DNA of 64,000 nt from Octopus sinensis (Eukaryota). A model generated the notes under the pieces. It saw only the letters and a list, made by a program, of their open reading frames with translations, did not search any database and was not told the origin of the DNA. Of the stretch, positions 37,112 through 51,480 are shown in pieces. The translations under genes and the position numbers were made by a program. The stretch is taken from positions 28,024,001 to 28,088,000 of the forward strand of contig NC_043005.1 of assembly GCF_006345805.1 (NCBI RefSeq), read 5' to 3'. How positions within the stretch are numbered: position 1 is the stretch's first letter; each line of letters begins with the position of its first letter.

Positions 37112-37260
37112 TGTATGTATGTATGTATGTATGTATGCATTCATGTATGTACGTATGTATACACATGCGTGCACACGCTTTCACTTACAGATGCATATGC
37201 ATGCAGATACACACTTATATTCATACAATGATACACGCACACACATATATACACACATTT
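35270..37260. repeat. Microsatellite-dense block: (ATCC)n, (TATG)n, (TG)n, (CA)n
   Basis: Direct reading, interspersed with short unique stretches. Confidence 0.85.
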
Positions 37261-37799
37261 AGGTAGACCATGTGATTAGTAATGGACCAGCACCTCCCTC
37301 TGCCCCTGACCAGATGTCACTCTGTTATTCTATTCTAAACCCTCTGATTCTGAGATCAATTCATCACGTGTCTAGTTGATGATGTGTCTGCTATATGCTC
37401 TATTATGCTATATTATGTTGTTTTATTTATGATGTTTTATCATGTGATGTTAGTTTTAGATGTTATGTTTTTGTTTACCTTATGTTCTACAATATCATAC
37501 AACATAATCTTATATTATAATATTTTACATTATTAATATGGTGTGCAGTCATATTTTCTCAAACTATTATTGAGGTTATGTTGTTGTTTGTATTGTTATT
37601 GCTTAACCCCAGGTCAGTCTGGATTAAGTAAATCTTTAATCAAAGCCATTCCAGCCATAAACATCCTAAGGATGTGGCTAGGTCTAAATTATCCAATGTG
37701 ACCTTTTCTTTAAGATAGCATAACAGGATTTTGTAGAGATTTGGCAGCTATTTTTAGATGATAGGCTAACCATGTAGAGGCTCCCTTAATTGTGTTGCT

Positions 37800-38320
37800 A
37801 TGTCATATTATGCTACCTGTTAATATTATGTACCCTGTTATATCATCAGTTATACTGCTTATCGTCATCTACCCAGCTATATTGTCATCTACCCTGTTAT
37901 ATTGGTATCTATCTTGCTGTATTGTTATCTACCCTAATAAACTGTCATCTAGTTATATAATTTTCTATTTATTTGATCATCTACCCTGGGAAATTGTCAT
38001 CTACCCAACTATATTGTTAACTACCCTGTTTATTTTTATCTGCCCAGCTAAATTGTCCAATACCCAGTTACAATGTGTTATAACGTCATCTACCCTACAA
38101 GTGTCATCTACCAGCTAAAGTATCATCTACCCAGCTAAATTGCCATCTACTCTGTTGTGTTTTTATCTAGCTATATTGTCATCTGTCCAGCTATATTGTT
38201 ACCCACACAGTTATACAGTCATTTACCCTGCTAAATTAACATCTACCCAGTCATATTATCATCTGCCTGGCTTTATTTTTATCTACCCTGCCACATTACG
38301 TTACAATGTATTATTAAATC
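37800..38320 (+). repeat. Degenerate minisatellite, about 20-bp unit TATATTGTCATCTACCCAGC
   Basis: Repeated GTCATCTACCC core. Confidence 0.8.
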
Positions 38321-39599
38321 CAACAATATTTGGTAATATAAAAACAATATAAAATTCATTAATAAATAATTAACAACACATAAGATAATATTGATTTTAC
38401 GGAAGCTGATAATGAAGCTTCTATGTGATTGCTCCACCTGCTAAAATAGCAACCAAATCCACCTGAAGTCACACTTTATCATCTTAAAAAAAGAAAACAG
38501 TGGACAGTATAGTACTTGGAATACAAAAAAAGATTAAATAGTCACAGAATAGTTTGGTTATAGATCTACCCAAATGTTGCTGACTTGGAGCTAAACCATT
38601 ACAATGTATCGATTTCATAGATAAATGGACACAGGAACCAACACTGATAAAAGGTTGAAATGAGAGCTTCATGCATTTCCAGAGATATTTGCACTTCAAA
38701 TGAAGTGAAATATCCCTAAACAGCAATCGATATACAAAGTGGGTGTAATCTTAAATCAGAGTATGAATAATATTGCTATATTTAACTGTACTCGACATTT
38801 TCTGTTTCCAGAGGAATGATACATGGGAAGTGGTGTCAGTCATGCTTTTCTCAAACCCATTAGCAGCATGGTTAATGTGATGGTTTCCTTAAGCACATGA
38901 CTCTCTTTGGCATTTTTGTCTTTTTATAATAAACTGTTGTTGTTTAGCCTCTGATCAGTTCTAATCAAGCATATTTTATGATCAAAGCATTCCAGACATG
39001 ACCATCCTGTTTAATTTTCTAACACTGCATTCAGAAGGGCTCTACATGATGTTTCTTTCCTTCAGTATGATTCGAGGGAGATTTTGTTGCTATTTGGTTG
39101 CTATTTCAAGCAGGTCAATAGACAGTGTAGAGGCTACTTTAGTTTAAAATAGACAACAGTTAACCTTAGTTAATTACTGGTATTATCATCTTTTCCCATT
39201 GAGAAACAATAAGGAAAACATAAAACATGGAGGGAATTTGAACTCAAACGGGTTTATACCAACAAAGAAACCATATAGATACTGTTAGAAATAGCAGTCA
39301 CATCTTCTTCAATTCACGCCTTATCTTAAAAAAAAGGAACCACACTTTGGACAAATTATATATAGAGAGGGTGATCACAATCAGAGCAGCTATGATCACA
39401 GGCTGGCTAAATCAAAGCTGACCTGGGGCTAAACAACATCGAGAAATACCTCAACACATCTCTCTGTTTTACATACCAACACCATCACTGTCAGCAACAA
39501 CAAAATAATTTGTAATTTTGACAATAGCAAAGAGATGCCGGACCACAGCTAGCAGCAGCACCAGCAGAGAAGAAAGAAGAGAGTAGTAGCAGCATCAAT

Positions 39600-39779
39600 A
39601 GTTATCTATATGCATGTACATACATACGTATGTATGTAGAGTATACATGTGTGCACATAAGTATGAAGACATGTACGTTTGTATGCATGTTTGTATGTAA
39701 GCATGCATATATGTATATATGAATATATGACTTTGTGTACTTAAGTATGCGTGTATGTACATATGTATGTCTGTCTGTA

Positions 39780-39810
<31 letters not shown>

Positions 39811-40015
39811 ATTACATGCACACACACACATACCTAAGTACATAGGCATATATGTGTGTGTGCATTGCGTGTGTGTGTGTGTGTGAACAAGTATGTATGT
39901 ATGTATGTATGCATGTATGCATGTATGCAAGAATGCATATGGGTGGATGGATGGATGGATGAATGGATGGATGGATGGATGGATGGGTGGGTGGATGGAT
40001 GGGTGGATCGATGTA
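39600..40015. repeat. (TATG)n/(TG)n/(GGAT)n microsatellite
   Basis: Direct reading. Confidence 0.9.
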
Positions 40016-40439
40016 GATGTGTATTTCATGATTGTTTCCTTACAAATGTAGACAAATACATCATGAACGTAGGTGAGAGGAAGGAATTATTAAAATGATG
40101 GAAATATTAATAAATAATGCTAATGTATTTATTTATTTATTAAATTACTATTGATGTTGCTGCTGTTTCTGCTGTTTCCTCTATCTATAACACCTGCCAT
40201 CACCCACTGCTGATGATGGTGCTTCCTTAGTTCTGTTAATGAGTTTTTCTCGTTGAGTCAGTATTAACGAAAAAAAAAAAATGTAAGAAATTGAAAGTAA
40301 AATATCCAATAATGAATTTGGAACAGAAGGAATAGAAGAAAGAAAAAGAAAATTTAAGAATGAAACATGTCAGATGACAGACAATATTTTCAGAACAAAA
40401 AGAAAAAAACAGAATAAAAAACAAACATTTCCAAATATA

Positions 40440-40990
40440 CATGGCACAAGAAATATTAAAACATCTAACTATAGGATGTATAAAAGGTATTGGGCAACAT
40501 AAATTTCAAAAGCAGCCGACAAATGCTTCAAACATGCAGACAACAAAAATTTTTAATATACCAGAAGACAAACGTGTTACACACGGCAGGCGACAAACAC
40601 TTCAAACATACCAGATGACAAACATATCAAACAACAAACATGTCAAACATATCAAACAACAAACACTTCCAGCACACCAGACTACAAATATTTCAAACAT
40701 TCAGATGACATATTTCAAACATATCTTACAACAAACATTTCAAACATACCAGATCACTAACATATTCGATGACAAACATGTCATATGTACCAGCCGACAA
40801 TGATTCAACCATATAAGTCGACAGACAAATCAAACAATAACCATTTCGATCATACTGGATGACAAGCATTTCAAACATACCAGACGATAAAAAATTCAAA
40901 CATACCTGAAAACAAATGTTTGAAACATACCAAACAAAATTATTCAAAACATAGTAACCAAGTTAGATACATCAGATGACTAGAAATGTT
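40440..40990 (+). repeat. Degenerate minisatellite, about 25-bp unit ATTTCAAACATACCAGATGACAAAC
   Basis: Repeated TTCAAACAT core. Confidence 0.8.
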
Positions 40991-41104
40991 TCAGAAGCTA
41001 TTTCTTTTGATCTCATTTGTTCATTATTTTCTTTGATTTCACTAGTTCGTTATTTTGATTTAGGACGAATTATTCAATACAGTTCTATATTTAAGAGATG
41101 AGGA

Positions 41105-41263
41105 ATTATGTACATTATTTACAATTTGACAGATATTTGTCCTCATCTTGTTTCTTATTAACACAACGTTTTGGTTGATATACCCTCCAGCCTTCATCAG
41201 GTGTCTTGGGGAAATTTCAAACCTGGGTCCTCATTCCTAAAGTAGTTTTCAATGTTGTTGCTA

Positions 41264-41305
<42 letters not shown>

Positions 41306-41385
41306 TCACTGCCTGGAGTTGAACACAGAATCTTGGTGTTAGTAGCCCGTGCTCTTAACCACTATGCCACATGCCCATGGGCTTT
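41105..41385 (-). mobile_element. H1 full-length; hammerhead motif at 41160-41205 (G12->A)
   Basis: AGCCCATGGGCATGTGGCATAGTGGTTAAGAGC..., (AAT)n, GACAC CTGATGA AGGCTG..CAACC AAA ACGT T GTGTT. Confidence 0.85.
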
Positions 41386-41391
41386 TTTTTT

Positions 41392-41770
41392 ATATAGCTA
41401 TCTCTTCAATAGAGGCTATTATGTCCAAGTATAGAATGCACTTGATGGTTGTCACAAAGGTGAGACCTTTGTTTAGTACTGCTTCTTCAGAGCTTTCTAG
41501 TTGTCGGCTACTTACATTAATTACTGCTTTCACAGGTGGGTGACGGACTTCAGTCTTCATTCTCTGACCTTTGAGTTTCATAAACTTCTTAATCTGGCGG
41601 GTCTTCACCATTTCAAATTCTTTCATGTGCGACTTTTCTAGATCTTGCTGGATTTTCTTTCTATCATCATCTCTGGTTATTTTCCTAAGTAATGAAGATA
41701 ACCTCTCTTTGATCTCGTTATTTAGTTTCAACATGTGTACAATTTCCCAATACTTTCATGCAACTTTTTT
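41392..41770 (-). pseudogene. Penelope-like retroelement ORF fragment (N-terminal, pre-RT region)
   Basis: VINVSSRQLESSEEAVLNKGLTFVTTIKCILYLDIIASIEE matches the V.NLS...L...E..VL.KGL.F pre-RT motif typical of GIY-YIG Penelope-like elements; frameshift upstream of 41734. Confidence 0.8.
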
Positions 41771-42635
41771 ATTTTATCATTTTTTTTTGTTTTTTTAGAA
41801 TTGTTTTATTTTGTCCAAACAGATTCCTTGTATGGTGGGTTTTAATTATAGAAAAGAAAAACTGTTAACTTTTCTTATTATTTTATTTCTCCTATGTTTT
41901 CTTTCTTTCTTTTTAAACCTAGAAACAACTTTTATCAAATGACATCTAAGGAAAAGAAAACAGGCACGTGGAGACAGAAGGTCAACTAAATCTAAAACAC
42001 ACACACACAAATAAATGTTCCTGCAATGACCACCCTGTCGTTTTCCTAGGCAACATTATACAATGTTTCCTGTGCGGTTTGAGGTATGGTTCAAGGGAGA
42101 TTTGGCTTCTATTTCAAGCAGCTCTAGTGGGCACGTAGATGCTTCCCTATTGGCTCATGCTGCTGCAGCTGCTGAACGTAATGATGTTGCTGATGATGAT
42201 AGTGGTGGCTTATTTATTTGTCTAAAGGTGATGATTTATTTATTCACAACTCTAAGTTTCTATCAATTCGTGATCATTCAGGCAATAAGAATATTTAAAG
42301 TGAGATTGAAATATCCATCGTGATTCTTTCATTATGCTGTTATTTGATTCCCAATACAGGATCAAGTCACTTCTAATTAATGTCAGTTAAATAGTGTAGA
42401 AAACATGAAACATGACATTGATACAAACAAGATATTAGCGGCTCGCGATAAATATTTATATCCCTGACGTGCATACATACATACATACAAACATACATAC
42501 ATGCATGCATGCATACCTGCATGTATATATGTACGTTAGTAAGTATATGTGTGTTTTATGGGTAATTAAACATAGAGGCAGTCAGTCATTAATTTAAAAA
42601 GCACTCAAATATGTGTGTGTGTGTGGTGTGTGTGT

Positions 42636-42689
<54 letters not shown>

Positions 42690-44629
42690 ATAAGTGAGTG
42701 CACGCGCATGTTCGTGTTTGAATGGCTAGTTATAACACAATCAAAGGAAGAGCTGAAAACAGAAAATATAATTTTTTTATGTCTTGAACACTTAACAGTG
42801 AAACATTTGGCACCTGGGAATTAATCATTAGACACACACACATACACACATGCACACACACATACACACACACACAAGCAAATATATATACAAGAAAAAT
42901 GCACATAAATTATACAGTTATTTATTTGAAAACCTCACCGGTAGGGATTGCAGACAATGTGAAAACATTCTACTGTTCCCTTAAGTAAACAGAAAACTGA
43001 GTATCCTCTTGCCGATGTTTCCTGGATGATTGTACCCTGATACGCTTTCTCTCTCTCTCCCCTCCCTCTCTTTTACTCACCCTCTGGGAGTGTATGTGCT
43101 TGTTTTATCTAATGTAGCCTTATCCAAAATAGAGTCAGATTACCAACATTTTCAAGCGGAACGTTTGATAATTGCGATGTTTCCACTTGAAACCAATGGC
43201 AGCACTGTAAATTCACAAATAAAGAATGTGTATGTATAATTTATTAGTGGTAAAATATTTATTTTAATTTTTAATTTTTTTTTTTTCTTCTTAAAGCCAC
43301 ATTATGTAGAAGGCATTACAAGTGATAAGTGTAACCTGTCTCAAAGAGTTCTTTCCAGTTTATTCGTCTACACCAGTATGTGTACAAATGTATTGTGTAT
43401 ATAAGGCTGTTGACATTTCTCACCTGCAGTGTTTTTTGAATTATGACATTAAAAAATAAGAAACAACTTAAAATTTAAGATAAACTAGTTTCGTTTATTC
43501 ATCAAGAAATCTCAACTAAAAGAAGTTTCTGGAGAAGATGATATTAAACGATAATATTGATTATTAAGGTAGCCACACAATTATAAATGTTAAGGGTAGG
43601 GTATAATTGATTGAATTTACTTTGTTTGGTATGATTGGTAAGATGAAAGGCAAAGTTAACTGCAGCGGAATTTGCTCAATATCTAAAATGGCCACAATAA
43701 AAAGGACATTTTCTCCAATATTCTAATGCAACCCCAGGAGATGAATTTCACCCACCCAGGAAGTAAACTTGTTGAGTCTGGTTTTCTCCCTTTTTTATTT
43801 ACCTTCGAATAGTTGCCAAAGCATAATGAAATGAAAAAAGTTCGGTACAAGAATGAGATACTAGGGGAATATGGAGACCCAGTCTATAGTTATATAAGCC
43901 TCAAAGTTAGAGGGGAGGATTGTAGTCAAATTAATCTACTCCAGTACATTACTGATCTTATGGATCCTGGAAGAATGAAAGCAAACTTCAAACATGGTAA
44001 GGTTTTGAATTCAGTGCATAAATATGTCCAGCACTCTGTTATGAATCTTCCATCCTTCATCGTTGATGTAACAAATATCAAAATGGAGAATAGTGTTAGT
44101 AGTAGACGTTGCATTATAAACACTTCTGATGTTTTTTTTTTTCATTCTTATATTCTTTTACCAGTTTCAGTCAAAGGACTGGAGCATTACCATCAATGGT
44201 CTTAGTCTGTCATATCAACCAAGATACTTATTTCAGTCTTGTACTTATTGAGTATTATGGAACATCTGAGTTAACTTTTGGCATACGAGTACGTAACCTC
44301 AGTGGTGAAGCTAAAGTGTGTGCTGCTCAGAGCAGCCCATGAGTTTGCTGTCTCCGAAGTTCTCCAAACTTATATAGGTTTATATAGCAGACCCAAAAGT
44401 ACCACACCCGAGAAACATCTGTTGGGACAGACTGACTCCCAGCGATGCAACAGTGTAACCTAATGCACTTTTTTACACATGCATTATCATAGGCACAAAA
44501 TGCATACATATGCACACACACACGCACATATTTGTGTATGTGTGTGTGCCTCTGTGTGTGTGTGTGTGTGTGTGTAAGAGGGAGAGAGAGAGAGAGAGAA
44601 AGAGAGAGAGACAGAGAGAGAGAAAGAGA

Positions 44630-44780
44630 GGCTTCTGTCCAGTTTCTGTCAACCAAATTCTACTTACAAGGCATTTGTAGACCCAAAGCTACAGAGAGGT
44701 CACTTGTCCAAGGTGCAATGCAGCAGAGTCAAACACATGGAACCACGTGTTTGTAAAGCAAACTTCAAACCTATACAGCT
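44630..44780 (-). mobile_element. SINE family B 5' part (degenerate)
   Basis: GGCTTCTGTCCAGTTTCTGTC...CACTTGTCCAAGGTGC...GGAACCACGTG. Confidence 0.65.
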
Positions 44781-45104
44781 ATGCTGGTATTTTATACACC
44801 CACAAACGTGCATACACACACATACACACACACACTTACACAAGGTGTAAGATTACACCATGCATTGTACACCATGAGTGTGTGTGTGTGTGTATGTAGA
44901 AAAAAGGACTCTTCTCAATGTTGTATTATTTTGAGATCATTTCATGAAAATATTTTGTTTAAGTTTTAGGTTTTATGCTTTACTTGTTTCAGTCATTAGA
45001 CTGCGGCCATGCTGGGGCACCACCTTGGAAATACTTATAAAACAAATATAAAGGATTTAGTATAAAATTGGAAGATAAACTGTGAAAAATAGGAAGATAA
45101 AATG

Positions 45105-45392
45105 TGTATTTACACACACACACAGACACACATATATATGTACATATACACACATGCATGCATACATATACATACATACACACACATATGTACATACATA
45201 CATACATACATACATACATACATACATACATACATAAATACATACATACATACATATATACATACACACATACATACATACATGCATACATACATACATA
45301 CATATGCATCTTCCTATGAGGCTTGATCCCATGACAGAACAAGAAAAATGAAATAACCAACAAACAAACAATATATATATATATATATATGT

Positions 45393-45434
<42 letters not shown>

Positions 45435-45435
45435 A
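45105..45435. repeat. (CA)n/(TACA)n/(TG)n microsatellite
   Basis: Direct reading. Confidence 0.95.
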
Positions 45436-45504
45436 TGAAGCAATTATCTGGATAACAAATAAGACTGCATTCTAGTTTTCTCCCATTTTATCAATTTTTT
45501 TTTT

Positions 45505-45785
45505 TACATGCGCCACCTTGACAGGCTTCTGTGCCGGTGGCATGTAAAAAGCACCAACCGATCATCGCCGCTGCCAGCCTCCCCTGGCACCTGTGCCGGT
45601 GGCATGTAAAAAGCACCCACTACACTCACGGAGTGGTTGGCATGAGGAAGGGCATCCAGCTGTAGAAACACTGCCAGATCAGACTGGAGCCTGGTGCAGC
45701 CTTCTGGCTTCCCAGACCCCGGTCGAACCATCCAACCCATGCTAGCACGGAAAACGGATGTTATACGATGATGATGATGATGATA
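45505..45785 (+). mobile_element. SINE-like family A
   Basis: GGCATGTAAAAAGCACC x2, GGAAGGGCATCCAGCTGTAGAAAC, (GAT)n. Confidence 0.85.
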
Positions 45786-46104
45786 TTTCAGTTTGAGCTC
45801 CTTCCAGTTAGTTTACAACAGTAAAGTTCCCAAATTCATCACCAATGCATCTAAGTCTTGCAGTCTCATTTTTGGGATGAAGTAGTCTTATCATTGTTGA
45901 TTCTGATTTGTCATAGGCAGAGCTCTGTAGCTGGTGTTTCTAGGTCTTCACAGCCACATCTTCTGGATGAAGTGATTATGCCATGTGTTGGCTCTGCTTT
46001 GTCGTTAGCACAGCTCTGTGCTTAGTGTTGACCAAACTGCTTGAATTTAAATTTTGACTGTCAGGTTTGTTTTTGTTGTGTCTGAATGTTGACTGCATTT
46101 TTTT

Positions 46105-46510
46105 TTATTCTTTTATTTGTTTCAGTCATTTGACTGCAGCCATGCTGGTGCACCACCTTTTAATTGAGCAAATTGACCCCAGGACTTATTCTTTGTAAAC
46201 CTAGTACTTATTCTATCGGTCTCTTTTTTTTGCCGAACTGCTAAGTTACAGGGACGTAAATACACCAGCATCGTATGTCAAACGATATTGGGGGGGCAAA
46301 CATAGATACAAACACACACACACACACATATGTACATATACATATATACGACAGGCTTCTTTCAGTTTCCGTCTACCAAATCCACTCACAAGGCTTTGGT
46401 CAGCCCAAAGCTATAGTAGAAGACACTTGCTCAAGGTGCCACGCAGTGGGACTGAACCCGGAATCATGTGGTTGGTAAGCAAGCTACTTACCACACAGCC
46501 ACTCCTGCAT
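46105..46510 (-). mobile_element. SINE family B full length
   Basis: Tail through head ...ACTTACCACACAGCCACTCCTGC. Confidence 0.9.
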
Positions 46511-49500
46511 GTTTATTTTTAGCACAGTGATGTGTTAAAATTTTGTCCTCTAATGTTGTATTATCTAATTTCATTTTGTGCTGCATGATACAAATGTATT
46601 CCAATTGTTCTTTGTGAAAAGTGCAGTGAGTGAATACCGTACTTGTATGACGAAGACAAAAGTTGGAGACAGGAAGTTCACACATTTGCAATCGAACTCA
46701 TAATCTCACAAGTGGACTGCACAGACTTGTGGTTTATATATGGTTGTGTGTATGTGTGTGAGTGTGTGTGGATATCTTTTGCCTTTGTATATCAACAAAG
46801 AGTATAACTGTCGGCAAGAAAAGAGAGAAAACTTGATACTTTTCAAATGAAAAGCCTTTTGTCCTACTCGTTCTGCACTGTGTTTTGCACTCGCACTTTC
46901 TGTCTGTCAAAAAAGCGGTGAAGTGGTGACCAGACCATTGGAAATTTGTAATTAACAATGGCATTGTTCACCAATTGTGTATATAAAATGAAAATTTGAA
47001 GAAAGGTGAATCTGAGCATCATGATGATGATGATGATGATGATGACGACGATGACGAGGAGGAGGAGGAGGTGGGAGAGGGGGAGGAGGAAGGTGGTGGC
47101 AAATGGTGGTGGTGATGGTGGTGGTAACTTTAATGATAAGGACAAGGTCAAGGACAAGAAAAGCAACAAAAAAAATGACAATTTGCTGACTTCTGGAATT
47201 TTTTTTTTACAGAAAACAAATATGATAAAATATTCAGGCAAAAGAATTTACTAAACCCTATTTCAACAGATAAATAAATAAATAATAAATAAATAAATAA
47301 ATGTAAGATCGATAAATAAATGTGTAAATTAAACCAAGAATGCATGGCTGTAAGTTAGAAAGAGTAAGAGAGGGGCGAGTAGTGGTGGTAATGGTGTAGT
47401 GAGTGTGGTGTTTAAAGCAGGGGGAATTGTGGCGATGGTGGTGGTGGTAGTGGTGTGAAGTAGAGATGGTATTGGTGGTGGTGGTGGTGGTGGTGACGGT
47501 GGTGGTGGTGGTGTAGGTGGTGGTGGTGTAGGTGGTGGTGGTGGTGGTGGTGGATGTTGTCCTATGTCATAGATCCGGTATGAGAGTGGTAGTCGTAATG
47601 ATGGTGGTGGAGAGAAAGAGAGAGAGAGAGAAAGGTATGAAAAGATCCAGGTTCTGAGTCACACACATTTGTGTATATTGGTATGCTTCTGTGTGTGTAT
47701 GTGTGTGTGTGGATGTGTGTGTGTGGTGTGTGTGTGTGTTTTGTTGTGTGCATATGCTGATGGGTCTGTTTGCCTGTGTGGGAGAAGTGTGTGCATATTA
47801 TAGTTGTATGTGGGTGTGCATGTGTGTATGTAGAGTTTTTTTGTAAGCTTGTTTGTGTGCGTATGTGTGCATGTTGATGGGTTTGTTTGCCTATGTGAGA
47901 GAAGCATGTAGTTGCGTGTGCATGCAATATTTGTGCATGGATGCGCTTGTGTGTGATTGTGTGTCATATTAATTTCTATCAGACACCTCAGACAGATAAA
48001 AACTAGTGGAACGGGGCAGTCTGTTGAATTGCTGCTGCTGCTGCTGCAGCTGCTTCAGTTGCTGCACCCTGCTGCACCCAACCAGGTCGCCTTGAACAGC
48101 AGACTTGTGGAGAGAGAGAGGCAGTCAATCGAAGAGATGGACTGATAGTCAAATACAGAGATAGACAAACATAGGCTGTCCGATATACAATGACATTGAG
48201 GTAGGCAGGCAACAGCTAGGCATCTCGACACATTATGTAATACACACACACATATATATACATATATATAGACATATATATATACACACACACATATACA
48301 TATATATATAGACACACACACACACATATATATATATACATATATATATCATCATCATCATCATCATTTAACGTCCATTTTCCATGCTAACATACACACA
48401 CACAGATATATATACACACACATGAACGTGTGTATGTGTATGTCAGTGTGTCTGCTTCAATGTGTATGTATGCATATATGTATGCATATATATATATATA
48501 TGTATATATATGTATGTGTGCATATATGTATAATTGTGTTGGTGTTAGGTAAAGCATTATATAGTACAAGCCCTACACTTAAAAAAAAACAAAGATTCAT
48601 ATGTAGCAGTACTGCAAATATATTTAAGGTAGTGTGCCAAGGCATTTTAATTCACCCTTTAACTGAAATTAAATTTCATGTTTTTTCTAGTGTTAAATAT
48701 CTACCAAAAAGCACAACTGGTATTTTCTGCATGTCAGACTGACTCAATAAATTTGACATATCTCAACAAAGTATATATTCAAAACATGACATTTCTCAGC
48801 AAAAGATAAATTGCTATATAAATTTGCTTTCTGCAGTGGCTATATCTGATTTTTGCAGTAAAAGGGTAGATTTCCATTCCACTAATAAAGTGGTATTAAA
48901 ATTACCCTTAAGATTAGTTCTGGCCCAGAAAGACAAGGGGGATATCTGTAAAATTAAAATTTTAAAACAAAAACTATGGAATGCAATGGCGACTAAGTGT
49001 GATCTTTAACCAGTGATAGAAATGAGGGGCTGATGCTGGGAGAACAACATTTTGCTAGTCTTCAGTTATCTAGGAAGGGCTTATGGTACCCTTTCTTCCC
49101 AATCTCAGTATCACAGAAATTAGTGTACCCCTAGTTCATAAAATCCATTTCCATTGCTGTCTTTAGCAGAATGGCGATAACTCTGGATGATGTTAAGATC
49201 TTATTAGGATTCCTCAACAATGTCTAGCATTACAGGTACTGTTCCCTCTAAGCTGTGTACATGTACATACATTTTGTAACCAATTCACAGAAAAAATTAA
49301 TGTCTGCATAACAAAACACTGAATTACTATGTGCTCAAAAGGTTACTTCTTAACAATAATATGGAAATTTTAAAATGTTTCTGATTAAGGAACAAAACCA
49401 ATTTTGAGGAGAGGGGATTACATCAATCTGCATTACTTGACTGCTACTTCATTCTATTGATCCTGAAAGGATGAAAGGTAAAAATTGACCTTGGTGGAAT

Positions 49501-49689
49501 TTGAACTCAGAACGTATAGTACATTCATTCTGACACTAACAATTCTACTAATACTACTACTCCTGTAATAACTAATGATTATATCTCTCTTCTACAGCAA
49601 GACAGATGATTCTGTTCCTCTATCATACTTTAGCCTCTCTTCACATGGTGTAATGTCCCCTTCCTCAATACTACATCCTTCTCAGTTGA

Positions 49690-49895
49690 AGGGCCCTGTC
49701 TTGCAAGTTACTTGGTGACCTCACTAGTGCTGGTACCACATAGAATGCACCCTGTACACTCAATGAAGTAGTTGGTATTAAGGAGAGCATCCAGCAATGG
49801 AAACTGTGCTGATGCAGTCCTTGAGCATATTGGCTTCTGTCAAGCCATCCAACCCATGCTACCATGGAAAATGAGCATTAAATGACGATGATGAC
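49690..49895 (+). mobile_element. SINE-like family A (degenerate)
   Basis: GAGCATCCAGCAATGGAAAC...CCATCCAACCCATGCTACCATGGAAAATGAGCATTAAATGACGATGATG. Confidence 0.65.
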
Positions 49896-50409
49896 TTTTA
49901 TCACAAGATATAATTTTATGAAATTTTCACAAAAGTGTTTTGGACATGCTATCTCCTACAAGCAAGAGAGAAAATAGTTTAGTAATAATCAGAGCAAAAA
50001 CATATAAAGTTGGAGTAAATGAACACAAAGGGATGTGACAACATAAAATAATAACTGGAGGAAGGGAGGGGGGTAAAATACCCAGGGTTTTCTGCTAAAA
50101 GAAAGAAAAAAAAACAGGATCAAAGTAGAAACTAGTGTAATGTATTGCGCCTAGAAATTCATAAACTTGATATGTGATGGATTGTTTTGGTAAAACAATC
50201 AGTTATTGATATATGTCAGCTACCATATAAAGGAATGACAACACATCATTTTAATTTTAAAAATTTAGATGATTTATCTTGTTACATATTTAATATCTTT
50301 GATTCTGTGATTCTATGTCACCTAGTGCTTACAATTTAGTTCCATTTCATCAAAGGCAGGCAGAAACAAAGAAATACATCATCATCATCAATATCTGGAT
50401 GATTAAGGA

Positions 50410-50630
50410 ATCTTTTCTAGTCCAGGCACAAAAGCCTAAAATTTTGGGAGGGGGGGGGCAGTTGATTAGATTGACCCCAGTATGCAACTGGTACTTAATT
50501 TATCGACCCCGAAAGGATGATAGGCAAAGTCGACCTCGGCGGAATCTGAACTCAGAACGTAAAAACAGACAAAATACAGCTAAACATTTCATCTGACATG
50601 CTGATGTTTCTGCCAGCTTGCCGCCTTTGG
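50410..50630 (-). mobile_element. SINE family C
   Basis: CTGGTACTTAATTTATCGACCCCGAAAGGATGATAGGCAAAGTCGACCTCGGCGGAATCTGAACTCAGAACG. Confidence 0.9.
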
Positions 50631-51039
50631 AGGATAAAAGAATACAAAATAACAAATGTTAAGTTTTCTATCTTTTTGTACTTTATCCTGAGTACTGTGC
50701 ACATACTTCTAGCTGTCATTGCTGTCATTCTTTACATATAAGTTTGCTTTCTGCCCCCTCTTTTAGTACTTTCAGATGAGTTGTAGTGCATCTGAGCATT
50801 ATATACAATAAGCTCATTATCATTTGAGTTGGTAGAATAACTAAAATACTAAATAAAATGTAAAGTAGCATTTATTCCAGCCCTTTGCAATCAAAGTTCA
50901 AATTCAATGAAGATTATATCCTTCATCTTTTCAGGGTCAACAGAATAGGTATCAGTATTGATTGACCACCCGCCTCCCACTCACCAAAATTTCAGGCCTT
51001 GTGACTATGTCAGAAAGAAAAAGAAAAAAAAAATTATTA

Positions 51040-51204
51040 TAGGCTCAGGTGTGGCTGTGTGGAAGTAGCTTGCTTACCAGCCACATGGTCCTGGGTTCAG
51101 TCTCACTGTGTGGCACCTTGGGCAAGTGTCTTCTACTATAGCCTCAGGCCAACCAAAGCCTTGTGAGTGGATTTGGTAGACAGAAACTGAAAAGAAGCCC
51201 GTTG

Positions 51205-51236
<32 letters not shown>

Positions 51237-51480
51237 TGTATGTATGTATGTATGTATATATGTGTAAATGTTTGTGTGTCTGTGTTTGTCATTCCATGTT
51301 GTTTGACGACTGATGCTGGTGTGTTTACATCCCCGTAACTTAGCAGTTTGGCAAAAAAGACCAATAGAATAAATACTAGGCTTACAAAGCATAAGTCCTG
51401 GGGTCGATTTGCTTGGCTAAAGGCAGTGCTCCAGCATGGCCACAGTCAAATGACTGAAACAAGTAAAAGAGTAAAAGAGT
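51040..51480 (+). mobile_element. SINE family B full length with internal (TATG)n
   Basis: AGGCTCAGGTGTGGCTGTGTGG...GGCACCTTGGGCAAGTGTCTT...CAAATGACTGAAACAAGTAAAAGAG. Confidence 0.9.

Noticed and set aside
40441-40803. 120-aa ORF as a repeat protein
   Set aside because: It lies in a degenerate about 25-bp minisatellite whose period is not a multiple of 3.
43813-44205. 130-aa ORF
   Set aside because: It crosses degenerate SINE C and SINE B sequence and gives no recognisable motif.
47985-48150. (GCT)n-containing unique segment as an exon
   Set aside because: No convincing splice donor/acceptor pair on either strand.
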